The position numbers and the translations under genes were made by a program. A model generated the notes under the pieces. The model was not told the origin of the DNA, searched no databases, and worked only from the letters and a program-made list of their open reading frames with translations. Shown here one piece after another: positions 20,754 through 32,712 of a stretch of DNA of 45,222 bases; within the stretch, counting starts at the first letter, position 1; each line of letters starts with the position of its first letter. The stretch is from Schmidtea nova (lineage: Eukaryota): assembly GCA_044892505.1 (NCBI GenBank), contig CM097883.1, positions 315,146,001 through 315,191,222 of the forward strand. The letters run 5' to 3'.

Positions 20754-23700
20754 TTATAAAATAATTTTCACTAAGCACTTGACAGTGAATTTATCAGCCA
20801 CAAGTGATGCAGGTGAAGGTGAATATTCGAGAATTTTAACATCTCCAGAATAGCAACCGTTATAAGTAATAATTTGTTTATTACTGACAGAAAATTCTTG
20901 CGTTGCCTCATTCCAAATTCCCAGAGTAATATCTAATTTGACAGGATATATTTGATAACTGTTATATGTTCCATAGACCAGTGATATAGAAATATTATAA
21001 TAGCTATATTCACAATCTACCTCAATTTGTAATTTGTATCCATTCGGATGGGTATAAAATTCATCACTTCGTACTGTCATTTTCGTACTGTCAATCTTAC
21101 AAACTTCAAATTTGAATTCTTTAGCAAACGTATTAAAAATTTGATTCAATTGCAGTTTCATATCTACAATTTCTTTTGCCTGTTTATCCAAGGCGGATTT
21201 CAATGCCTGCTGCTGAGTGACCTTGATGGAATTAGCAAATGTTACCAATAAATCCGTTTCTCACTTGAATATTTTTTAGCTTATCATTTATATCGTTCTT
21301 TTCTCGTTGAAGCTTTTCCAACTGTGTCTGCAATTATTCAGTAATTAATTGCTAAAAATTCAAAAGAAATGTTTTGATTAAATGGCTTTATTCCACGCAT
21401 CCTGTTTGAATCACAGTATTAAAAATTAATAATGTAAAACAAATTTAAATTTCACATAAAAAATTCAAGATAATAACAGCCACTTCTATTTTTTATTATA
21501 ACTAAAAAAAAATTTTTTCGCATTAGCTGTACATTTTGAATTCTTTTACGGTCCGCTAATGTGCCGCGGCACACAGTTTCTGTACCACTGTTTTAGATTA
21601 TAGACTAAATTCTTTCAATTAATCATAAATTTTCAGAACTTTTACAATGGTTATTCTATTCAGGATCAAATAACTGCCGTCACCAAGTGTTTTTATCCGT
21701 GATTAGTCTTCGTTGGTAAGTTAATGTATGCTGATATGAAGAATTATTGGTAGAGCACCTCGAAATTTGTAACATTCCTTGTGAGCGGCATGAGATTGAA
21801 AATTCTTTTAGCTCAATAGTTTAGTAAGTTGTAACTGAAATTTTAATGTAAATGAAATTTGAAGAACTTTTTTTCACAACGCCTACGCTAATGTAAGTAA
21901 ACATAAATTTTTCATGAATAATTAAAAATAAATATTTTTTTAAAAAATGCGGTTAGTCATTAATTAATTATGATAATAAAAATAAATTAAAGTTTACATT
22001 GAAAATCTCGCGGCTTTATAGTGTTTTAGGATTTTCAAACATGGCTTTCCATAGATAAAGCTTTGAGCACACCTGATATAACACATAACAAGAGATTTCA
22101 CAAAGCATAAATAATTTGAGCTATCAAGATTAATCCTTTGGTAAAATACATTTAATATATGTTGGGTATGCTATTAGAAACTGCATTGAATATCACATTA
22201 GAAACTTTATTTCAATCTGTGAGTCAACCGAAAACCAAAAAACAACAATTTGAATCTAAATATTAATAACTATTATAGCATCACATTTATAAAATGCTAC
22301 TCTCTGTCTGTCCATTCCAAAAATTATTATTTATTGATTATTAAAATTATTTTTATTGATTCAAAAATACATTTGGGATATTTACCATTTATATTTGGGC
22401 ATTTTCTGCAGGTTTTAAAATCTTGCATGTCTTATAATGCTCAATAATTTAATCCTTGAAACAGGTGTTGCTGTAAAGGGTATGAATGATGGTATTGGTA
22501 GTAATAATAATAATGAAACAAATAAAAATATTGTGAATGATAGCACGGGTTCCGTTTAGGTTTTATGATTTGAATATATCCAAACCACAAAACCGGGGTT
22601 TTCCGTTTTATCTAAAAATACGTAGAAAAAGAAAAGTTTTTGAACGGGAAGAGAATAATCATCAACATCTGTAAGGGATTAAATTTTGTTCATCATTGAA
22701 AGGATATTTATAGCAAGGCCGGGGTTTTTCGCTTCAACTTTCGGAATATTACATAATTTCATTGGAAGGTCAAAAGGATCAAAAACCGGGTCTGAAATAT
22801 TATAATTATAAGACTTAATTCTATTAAATTTCACCCCCTTGTATTTTAAAATTACCAAAATATTTTATATATAAAACACAAGTTATCGGTACAAGTTACC
22901 AGTACAATGTTTTTTATTTAATGATGCTGGGGTTGAACAAGAACCTTTGCCACTTAATCGTCTTATTTGTGAATATTTTGTAATTTTAAAGCTTATTTCT
23001 TTAATTTTATTAATTGACCAATTGCTGCCATTTTCGGAGACTAGTATTTTTTCACTTAATAGAGCAATACCATCTAAAAAGGTATTATTTATGGGTTTTG
23101 CGGAATTTCATATTATAAAAGATTGAAATTGCCCATCTTTTTCAAATTCTTCATCAGTGCAGAATTGTACTTTTTCATATTCCATTTCAGAAATGACTGA
23201 ATTAAATTTATTTACTAAAGATGGAGGGATAATTAATTAATTTAAATTTAAAGAATTCACATCCATTTTTACAATGGCATGGGAATTTAAACATCATCAT
23301 TTGGTGAATGAACATCTTCATCGGAAATTATAATTATTTTAGCCTGTTTAGGACAATCAGTAACAGTTCGTCGTTTATTTGTACTAATTAATGTGAAGAC
23401 TTTTTAGTGGATGAGAATTGATTTAAATGGAGATAATCTTGAAAATAAAAATCAATATGTTATATTTTGGGCACTCTTACATGTGGGACACAAAAAAGTG
23501 ACTTGGTTATTTATAAGACGATAGTATCATTCCATTAATTTGTGGCAGTCGTTATGATTTGACGAATTACAATAATTCGGATAAAAATTACCTTAAATAT
23601 AAAATGTCTTTAAATTTATCAAAAAATCATTAAAAAAATTAATAAAAATATGAATTATTAGAAAATAAATATGAAATATAAAATAAATATTATTTAAATA

Positions 23701-24342
23701 TAATAATTACATAAAATAGTTTTAATTTTAATTTAATATTATTCATAATATTTAGTTTATTCATAATTAAATTACTTTTTCATTATTTTTTTCTTCCAGT
23801 AACGATTTTATTTCGTTCTTCAGAGACTGATTTTCTGCAGTGATTTCATCGACTTTCGAAGTCAAAAGTTGCAAATGTTTATCTTTATCGGATGTCATAT
23901 GATTATACAAACCCGATCCGTCGACAGTCATTTGATCGCATCCATAATTTGTATATAGACATTTGATTGATGATTTCTGACAGCCAATAATGTGCTGCTC
24001 AATGTCCTTTATGCATTCCTCGTATGGACACATTGCTGTTAAACATCTGACTTTAGTATTCGCTATTTTTCGATTGATAACGTGATCAATCCACACATTT
24101 GTGTCTTTACTCAATTGTTCTTCGTGACACTCATTGCCTTTACCGGGGCAGAATTTATTATTTTGTGCCAAATAACCACTAATGCATTGATGACAAAACC
24201 GACAAGAACATGGGCAAATTCTAGCATCAATTATCAATTTCATACACAGTCCACATATTAGCTCCTGTGGCAACTGTCTAACAACTTCAAACTCATGATT
24301 TTTCATAAATTTCCAAATTTTTTCATAGTTCCCTTGACTCAT
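20754..24342 (-). CDS. Host TRAF-like protein (RING, TRAF zinc fingers, coiled coil, MATH); exons 24342-23776, 21327-21265, 21221-20754; about 365 aa
   Basis: RING CGLC...CPCSCRFCHQC...CP; zinc fingers C...C...H...C; MATH SDEFYTHPNGYK...SL..G.Y...YP...ITL. GT-AG phase-0 junctions keep the frame; the 43-nt intron has GTGAG and CTAAT. Confidence 0.85.
21561..21590 (-). mobile_element. Possible solo hAT (Charlie-like) terminus
   Basis: Minus strand CAGTGGTACAGAAACTGTGTGCCGCGGCAC resembles Charlie-type ends, and the flank ATCTAAAA fits the nTCTAnAn target preference. No partner end found. Confidence 0.35.
21600..23591 (-). pseudogene. Decayed N-terminal half of a Polinton pPolB inside the TRAF intron
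   Basis: Colinear blocks vs the intact pPolB: NYCNSSNHNDCH..CPTC; VQFCTDEEFEKDGQFQSF..GIALLSEKI..NGSNWSI; DNLCFIY; DPFDLPMKLCNIPKVEAKNPG; AAHKECYKFRGALPIILH. Many stops and frameshifts. Confidence 0.88.
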
Positions 24343-24782
24343 TTTAAATATGTCTGAAAATAAAATTCAGTAAAATATTTTAAATTACGAAAATCGAATT
24401 ATTTTTAAATAATTGCCATTACAACAATTATTATTTATATTTTATAAACACATTTGTAAATCAAATACAATTTTTAACTAACACCAACGCGAAATATAAA
24501 TGATAACTTTATCCATTAATTGGCTCGCTTAGTAATTTCGTTATTTGTAATTTTAAGTTTTAATGCAAATATTTTTAAAATAATAATTTTTTCATTTTAG
24601 TTTATGAATTTATTTAATTATTTAGAAATACAGTCCTCCTCGCTTTAAAAGAACTCGGTTATAAGGGAATTTCTTTTATAAGAGAGAGTTAAAAATACAA
24701 GCATAATTTATTTATATTGAATTAATCAAAACAACATTACCATAATAATATTACTCTAAAGAAAATAAATTAATAATATAAT

Positions 24783-25098
24783 AGGTTGTTGATCATCAAT
24801 ATGACCTTGACGTTGCTAGAAATCACATCAACAACTTAACATATAACGAGATAAATTAACCATCTTGTTGCCCGTCACAATTGGTGGGTAGTTGATGGTC
24901 AATATGACCTTGATGTTGCTGTGGCTCCTATCAACAACTCAACATACAAAACATTAGTTTAACCATCTTATTGCACGTCACAATGTAACATTCGTAATGC
25001 AACAAATGGGTTGATGTCCGCAAACAGTGAGCGTTGAAAAATCGAAACTATGATTGACCGAACATCTCAGTGGGTTCAAGGGATACCGAAAAAGGTTT
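24783..25098 (+). repeat. Dispersed ~210-bp repeat with its first ~110 bp duplicated in tandem
   Basis: GGTTGTTGAT..TCAATATGACCTTGA..ATCAACAACT at 24783 and again near 24885, followed by the shared tail. Confidence 0.85.
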
Positions 25099-25890
25099 AG
25101 CACTCATTTCAGTCTCTTATCTTATTTTAAATCTCGGTTATTATAAGGCATATTAACCGAAAGATCGATTTAAGTCATTTACAAGTTTGAGTTCCTATAA
25201 ATCATCATGGTCAATTTCATTCGTTCCTCACCACACTAAAACGAAACAGAATAAAACAATATATATAATTTAAGCTCTACGATAACAAATACACAAAAGT
25301 ACGATTCCGATTGTTAGTGTCAATTGGCTCAATTCTCGACCGATAAATCGATCGTTTCCGTCGTAATACGACGCAATTGGTCCAGAATGTGGGCTTTCTG
25401 CACCATTTTTGTCACGCCCACGCTCCTTTACTTGGTCGCCATTTTTCGACTAACCATTTGCTGAGTTTGTGTTTGATTCATGTTGCGGCACTGTTTCACC
25501 GGTATACCCCTTGTATTTGGGCCAAAATCAAATCTAATGTTGCTTTTATTGTCTGAAATGAAATTATTTTCAAAAATTTATAACAGCAAAAACTTTCACT
25601 CCAGTCATGCAATTTCAACCTCATTTATTCACACTAACCTCATCACTCATTCAAACGGTTTCATGTCTCAACTTTATAGTCATAACCCAATCTTGGTTGC
25701 CTTAATTCACATTTGTAATAATTTTTTAATTGTCGCCAAAAGCTAAGGCTACTGATAAAATTTTAAGAAAAACCCTTTAAACTGTGTTGAGAAATTTTAA
25801 TTTAATGTTTGCAATGTGATTTGCTCCTTATCGATTGCCCATTCGTCGCATAGATATCCAACTTATTCCTAATATTCCTTATATATATTA

Positions 25891-26103
25891 GGGTTGTTGA
25901 TCGTCAATATGACCTTGACGTTACTATGGATCGTATCAACAACTCAACATACAAAACATTGAAATAGCCATCTTGTTGCCCGTCACAATGTAACGTTGGT
26001 AATGCAACAAATGGGTGGGTATTCGCAATCAGTGAGCGTCGTCAATATGAAACTATGATTGACCGAATATCTCCTGGGTCCAAGGGCTACCGATAGAAGG
26101 TTT
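25891..26103 (+). repeat. Dispersed ~210-bp repeat
   Basis: Aligns with 24885-25098 and with the reverse complement of 2330-2528. Confidence 0.85.
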
Positions 26104-28155
26104 AATGCCCATTTCGTCCCTTCTTTCATGATTTAACTGCAAATATCTATCTTAATTTAGCAAAATGAAATAATTTCATCGATAAAATCTTAATAATTTG
26201 TCTCAAATCGATCCTTTCATACAGTTTTATCTAAATTCACAGGAATTTTCGCACCTTTATTCTATTCGCAAGCTTGTATTCGAACATATTTTCGCAACTC
26301 AATTAGGAGATCAATTATTCCTTCAGAAAATGCATATATTTGGGAATATACAAATTACCATTATTTAGACCCGAATTTTTATTATTCTCGCAATTTTCTT
26401 AAATTATTATGTTTTTCATATTTCAAGTAAACTTTATTTATACCTTAATCCTATTGTCTATCTTGCTCTAAATTTATAATAGAATATTTATTAAAATTTC
26501 AACATTTTAATTTTAAAATTTTGCTGAGGCCTTAGTAACGACTTTGGTTCAGTAAAACTTTCTACTTATAATCTATAACCATCAGATTTCGGTCCTTTGA
26601 AATTATTTAATTCTTAAATTTAATTTTAAAATTTTTCGGCATTTTTAAATTAATTTGGTACAAAATTGGGTACCATTTAACTATCGTTAAAAAAATAAAT
26701 ATCCTCCTTGTTTAAATTACAAGAAAATATTATAGTTTTCCAACTCCAATCTAATTGGTCGAATCCCAGTATGGTAAGATTGTTTCCTATAATATATTTT
26801 ATTGATTTTCTATTTATTTTTAGATTTCAGATTCCCACTGTCTGGAATGATAAAGTAAGATATTTTATATTAAATGCAAATTCAGAAAATCTTTGCTTTG
26901 TTTCCATTTTTAGGTTCTACGATTTTATGATCAGCCGACCGCGAATTAGCCTCAGTTTTCATTATAACTCTCAGAGTAATTTATTCCTATTGAACTTTTA
27001 AATTTATGACATATTTATTGTTTAAAATTCGAGTTAAATTCCACATCATTTCTCTGATTTTGCCACCTGAAAAACAACTCTCAGTTTTACTCTATTTCGC
27101 TGTTTCCAGCCACTCGCGTCAATAGTATTACAACGAAAACTCTATGGAAAATATTATTGTGATGATTTGTCTCCCCCAGTGGATTTTTTGTAACATAAAC
27201 TGTCTTTTATGTGATTCTATTTGATTAATATCGTAACTTGATCTATCCGAATTACTGTTCCTTGATTTATTACCATCTAGTGGGTCCTTGGTTATTAAGA
27301 TTTTAAATGATGCTTATCGTGCTGGTAAATTTGTCCGACAAAACGAACGGTTTTTGTCGTCATGCACTTTTAAATTTGAATAAAAATTATAAAACACAAG
27401 CAAAAATATTTATTTTTCTGTTTTGGTTGGATACTTTGTAGGTGATCTCAGATCCGTACTTTTTCGCATTTATAAAGTTCATTAAGTTTTCGGTTTTGAT
27501 GTGAACTTACATGAGTCGGAGTGGTTCGGCTTTACGCGCAATACAATGATTCCATAAATGGTATTATCTAAATATATAGAATCTTAAGGACTAACATGGT
27601 AGATTCCCGCATACCCAACTCGAATATAAGGGCGTTATACGCTTCGAATAATAATGCTGGTGATAGGGCATTATAAACTGTAATTAAGGAACGTATGATG
27701 AATGTATGATGTGATGAATGAGGTGACTTAGGAATGAATTTACGGGTGGGTATTTCGGAACAAAATTTGGACAAAACGTCCGGATGTAGGATGCCATTGG
27801 TGAAGGTGGTAATGAGTGCGATGAAGTATATTGTGTGAATATAGATGATTGTATGTGATTATATGCAATTTTATGTGTCTGTATGTTGATTGGAATGTTG
27901 GATGGAAAACAAATAATTTATTGATGAGTGAGATTAAACGAGTGCTTGTATGAATTTCATAGGTGTATGATGCCAACTAACATAACTGTGCAGATTTCTG
28001 GTATGAATTGTTCGGGTGTATGTGGCTAATGAATGGTATGAGTTATACGGTGTGGTGTGTGTGTATTGTATTTTAAATAGATGTTGCTTGTGTTATTAGT
28101 ATGGATGATGTTATTGAATGGTATGGGTGTATTATTTTACAAATATGGTTGTATG

Positions 28156-28288
28156 NNNNNNNNNNNNNNNNNNNNNNNNNNNNNNNNNNNNNNNNNNNNN
28201 NNNNNNNNNNNNNNNNNNNNNNNNNNNNNNNNNNNNNNNNNNNNNNNNNNNNNNNNNNNNNNNNNNNNNNNNNNNNNNNNNNNNNNNN
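28156..28288. other. Assembly gap (N run)
   Basis: Run of N. Confidence 1.
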
Positions 28289-29189
28289 ATAATAATATTA
28301 ATTTTTATAATTTCTAATTTATATATAATAATTTTAAATAAAACTAATAATAATAATTTTTGTAACTCCGATTTATAATTATACAACAGTTAAGTGAAAA
28401 TTTTATAATAAAATTTTAAATTTGAATTTTTTATATTATAAGGATATAAATATATATGTAGAATTAAAATTTTTCCCTTAATTTGTATTCTATGGAATTA
28501 ATAGATGAAATAATATTTTATATTAAGATTATAATAATAATTTTATAATATTTCAAATTTATGATTCTGTCAAAGTTATAAAATTTTTATTTTTATAATA
28601 TTGAAGTTTTGAGTTTTAAATTTTATTAATTATTTTTACAGATTTTTTTTCAGTTATTGACTTTATATTATAAATTGTATAATCCCATTTTTTACGTGAT
28701 CATTTATAAATTTTATACCAAATCAAATAAGTAATTTCATGCTAAGATCAAGTATAATAATACACAAAACCCAATATGCAAAATGTAAAAATTAAATTTT
28801 TCATAAATTAAATAAGATAAACATTCATATAAAAGATTAAAAGTTTTTTAATAATATTCTTCGTAAAAATTTTCCACGAGTTCGAGTTCTTTATCTGAAA
28901 TTCATATAAAATCATAACCTTTCAATTAATAATTCGTTGCTCCTTTACATAAATAGTTTTCGATTGAGCATTTTTCCTCGTATTAATTTCATAAATTCCA
29001 ATTTCACATATAGTGGATTTCGAAAAAGTGAGATATTTTGTAAAGGCGAAGGTGAGTGAGAGTCGATTTTATTTAGAAAGACCATACTTATTTTAGATTT
29101 CAAGACATGAGCTGGGTGAGTTGATATTATATGTTGCGATTAACTTATGAGTAGGTAGATGTGTGGAGTCAAACACAAAGAAATGAGTC

Positions 29190-29780
29190 ATAATGCGTGG
29201 GCGGAAAATTTTAAACAAAGAACTTTTTTTTCGGAACCCCCCGGGGGGGGGGTCAATATATTTTTTTTTTTGCGCCAAAAATTTTTGAATTTTTTTTTTC
29301 AAAATTTTTTTTCGCACCAAATTTAAATTTGAAAATTTTTTTTTTAACACAAATTTTTTTAACACAATTTTTTTAAACAAATTTTTTTAACACAAATTTT
29401 TTTTTTAACAAATTTTTTTTTTAACACAAATTTTTTTAACACAAATTTATTTTTTTAACACAAATTTTTTTTTTAACACAAATTTTTTTTTAACACAAAT
29501 TTTTTTTTTTTACAAAATATTTTTTTTTAAAAAAAATTTTTTTTTTTAAACAAAGAACTTTTTTATGCGTGGGCGTAAAATTTTAAACAAAGAACTTTTT
29601 AATGCGTGGGCGTAAAAAATTTTAAACAAAGAACTTTTTCGAGACCCCCCCGGGGGGGCTAAATTTTTTTTTTTTTTTTAAATTATTTTTTCGCGCCAAA
29701 ATTTTTTTAAATTTTTAAAAAATTTTTTTTTTCAATTTTTTTCCCGCCGAATTTATTATTGTAAATTTTTTTTTTTAACA
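29190..29780. repeat. Low-complexity repeat block at the left edge of the Polinton
   Basis: ATGCGTGGGCG.AAAATTTTAAACAAAGAACTTT x3, C-run/G-run palindromes x2, and about 10 copies of AACACAAATTTTT. Confidence 0.8.
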
Positions 29781-29920
29781 TAAAGTATTTCAACAGAAAT
29801 AAGAGTCATCGAAAAGTTTGCAACACGCGTGCAACTGAAACAAAGACAATGCAATACACGTGCAAGACTTTGCAATGCACGTGCAACATGAACAAAGACA
29901 TTGAAAATACAAAATAAAAT

Positions 29921-30502
29921 TTATTTATAAATATATCGTTGTGTACGTGTACAAAATTTAGTTTCAAAATTATTTACATCTGAATTATTACTCGGAATAT
30001 TATTCATAGGAATATTATTCATTGTAATATTATTCATCGGAATACTAGTATTTTTCGGAATATTATTCTTTGGAATATTTGACATCTTCTCCAACCGTAT
30101 GGATGCCGATAATATCATTATAATTATTAATATAAATAAACTTATATAATGTAATACAATGGCTGTTTTTTCATTTTCAACTGTTTGATTTTGGTATCTG
30201 ACTTCATATTCTTTTTTAACAAAAGTTTGATTGATACATTTTAATCGTTCAACTATTTTCATCATTATTTTGGCAATCATTTTTTCAATGTCATTATTAA
30301 TCACATTATTTTTGGAAGGACATTGATTACATTGTAATTTTATTTGACTGCATTCAATGTTTGAGTAAAGACATATATCATTATAACTCGCACAAGCACT
30401 ATATTGTTTTCGAAACGGATGGGATGATTGACAATATTCCAAAGCTTGTTCTCCTTCAGTATTGTGAACACATAATAACAAAATAACTATATTTAATTTC
30501 AT
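29921..30502 (-). CDS. Predicted type I membrane protein (signal peptide, Cys-rich ectodomain, one TM helix, repetitive N/I/P tail)
   Basis: MKLNIVILLLCVH...; seven Cys after the signal; AIVLHYISLFILIIIMILSASI helix; NNIP(M/K) repeats. Confidence 0.7.
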   Translation of the reverse strand: MKLNIVILLLCVHNTEGEQALEYCQSSHPFRKQYSACASYNDICLYSNIECSQIKLQCNQCPSKNNVINNDIEKMIAKIMMKIVERLKCINQTFVKKEYEVRYQNQTVENEKTAIVLHYISLFILIIIMILSASIRLEKMSNIPKNNIPKNTSIPMNNITMNNIPMNNIPSNNSDVNNFETKFCTRTQRYIYK

Positions 30503-30567
30503 TTTAAAAACAAAAAACTAATATCAAAACTAAAATTGTTCATACTAAAATATTTATTAAAAAACAA

Positions 30568-30984
30568 TTATGCGTATCTTGCATTGTCAACTCTCCAAAT
30601 TGGAGTAACAACATCTTTTTTATCAATCTTGTACCCTTGAATAATAACGGTAACGAACCAGTGTTCTTGATCCATGAAATCAATTGTTTGAAACGCATCA
30701 TGGAACCGAGTTTTTCTGTTATTGATGTACATGGTTTCTTTACAAGATAAATTAACATTCATCTTTGAAAACAATCGATTTAATGTTATAATATCTTCTT
30801 TGGCAATAATTATAGCAAGGCTATCATATAAAGATTTTGTAAACTTTACCGGATAAGATAATCGATACGGTATTTCATTAACCAAAAAATAAATTCGGCT
30901 GTCGTAGTACATCTGGACTGGTTTTACCTCAGTCTGATATATTTTTTCTTCGCTTATATCTAAATTTTGTTTTCTTGAATTCAT
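30568..30984 (-). CDS. Hypothetical 138-aa protein, possibly an OB-fold ssDNA-binding protein
   Basis: Clean ATG ORF. The beta-rich C-terminus FVTVIIQGYKIDKKDVVTPIWRVDNARY recalls T7-like/NCLDV SSBs, judged by eye only. Confidence 0.55.
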   Translation of the reverse strand: MNSRKQNLDISEEKIYQTEVKPVQMYYDSRIYFLVNEIPYRLSYPVKFTKSLYDSLAIIIAKEDIITLNRLFSKMNVNLSCKETMYINNRKTRFHDAFQTIDFMDQEHWFVTVIIQGYKIDKKDVVTPIWRVDNARYA

Positions 30985-31462
30985 TTTATAAATTGTGACA
31001 ATATTTTATAAAACGTCTTTGTATTTATACTGATGACTGGATGTCTTTGTCCAATCATATTCATGCATTTATCTTGCACATACTATGCACATGTATTGCA
31101 ATGTCTTTGTTGTATGCGTGCATGTTTAATTAAATTGTATATGTTCAATAATGAGCTTTTGCAGATAAAAACCATCACAGAATAGGTTCTGCTCCGAATG
31201 TTCTGTTACTAATGTTCTTAAGTTTTGTAATTATTTTTCATCAAAATATAAAAAAAACACATTCTTACTGATTCGTATTTATTAAAAAGAGTCATAATTA
31301 AAATACATTTTTAAATATTAAAACCCAAAACACTTTCTTATTTAATAAAAAGTTGATTAAAATAATTAAAACATTTACATAAAAAGCTATTACAAACAAT
31401 GAAAACAAAACTAAAGAATAAATTCAAAAACTTTTATTTAACAAAACAAAAAATAATAACAT

Positions 31463-32066
31463 TTACATATCAGATGGTTCACCACCAAGAGATTGGCAAC
31501 CATCATTATCATCACAATCGTCAAGCTCATGATCACAATCGTCAGCCTTTCGGTGACACTCATCGCAATCAGGTGATTGTGGCGATTCCAATGGTGCATC
31601 TGTCGCTGATGCTTCAATCTCAATTGAATCATCAATCGGTTCGGGGGTTGAATTCAACCATCCTTCTTGTTCCATCTCCTCCTCGATAATCTCCCTCATT
31701 TCTTTTGTTTCGAATTGATTGAGGGTATTTCGGAGAACCCACACTTGTAATTTGCGAATCCTATCCACACAGTGCCCGCATTGATAGGCGCACAATATAT
31801 GTTCGGCCATAAAAGGCAAATCATTGTTCAAATTTTCGAGGTGTTCCTTTAATATCTTATTAACATCTAGTCCCATCAAAACGTGAATTTTGTACGGGAA
31901 CAGCTCCGGTGCTGTATAGGTCAGCGTCTGCATCAGATTGGGGAACATCTCAGCCAGTTTGGTGTAGATGACGGACATGCGTTTTTCTAAAAATAAAATA
32001 TATTAAATTTGAAAATATATTAATTTTATTATTACCATTTTTTAAATTCTTTGTTTTTTGCGACAT
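31463..32066 (-). CDS. Hypothetical protein, two exons (32066-32036 and 31986-31463), CxxCxxC motif and acidic tail
   Basis: A 49-nt GTAAT...TTTAG phase-1 intron (31987-32035) joins MSQKTKNLKN in frame to EKRMSVIY... Confidence 0.65.
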
Positions 32067-32150
32067 AATTGTAGATATAAACTATGTCAGTTTGTGCATA
32101 GTTTATATACGAAACAAACACACATGATTTAGAAAACGATACATAATGAA

Positions 32151-32216
32151 CCAATCAGAATCAAGCATGCACAACATGTCTTTATTCTCGAAATACACAC
32201 AGAGCCAATCAGAATC
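32151..32216. promoter_or_regulatory. Two CCAATCAGAATC (NF-Y-type) boxes upstream of a TATA-like element
   Basis: Exact 12-mers at 32151 and 32205; minus-strand TATATAAAC near 32101-32109. Confidence 0.5.
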
Positions 32217-32244
32217 ATGCATTTCTACTGCATCGATATTGCAG

Positions 32245-32712
32245 TCATGAGTCACATGTTAGTATGAAATCAACAAAGGCTTTATCTTCTATAACTGATT
32301 TTATATCGTTAATAATATCATCAACTATAGTTGAATAATCTTTGTTTTTTAATCCTAATATGACTAATTTCCCACTTGCAAATATATTTACACACATGGG
32401 ATTATATTTGGTATACCTCAAAGCTGGAAATAATTCTGGCTCGTAAACACACGGTATTAATTTAGATAATTCATTCAAATTGCAAATGAATCCTAAATCC
32501 GCAGTTACAGTTATCGATTGAATTTTTAAATCGTAAAACTCAACTTGTTCGTCACTAATGAATTCCCTACATCCCATTATTCTATATCTTCCTGTTTTAA
32601 AGTATATTTTTGGGTATTTCCCACTTCAATCTACAATTTGCTGGGGTTTTCCATTTGGAAATTTCATGTGTGATACATCTGTCTTACCTTTGTAATTAAT
32701 GTTTCTAATCAT
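32245..32712 (-). pseudogene. TATA-binding-protein-like gene with one in-frame TGA
   Basis: YEPELFPALRY...VNIFASGKLVILGLK is the TBP repeat-2 signature. Upstream in frame: MIRNINYKG...IYFKTGRYRIMG (repeat 1), with a stop at 32626-32628. Confidence 0.85.

Noticed and set aside
22590-22800. Repeated AAACCGGGGTTTT motif as transposon subterminal repeats
   Set aside because: These fall within the pPolB relic on the minus strand, where at least one encodes KNPG
27568-28155. Possible LINE RT 3' remnant (HTFIIRSLITVYNALSP resembles F..R.I..WN.LP); similar CA-rich DNA at 940-1430
   Set aside because: Only one weak motif, with no other RT signature or tail
29093-29380. 95-aa Lys/Phe-rich ORF
   Set aside because: Translation of A/T low-complexity repeats
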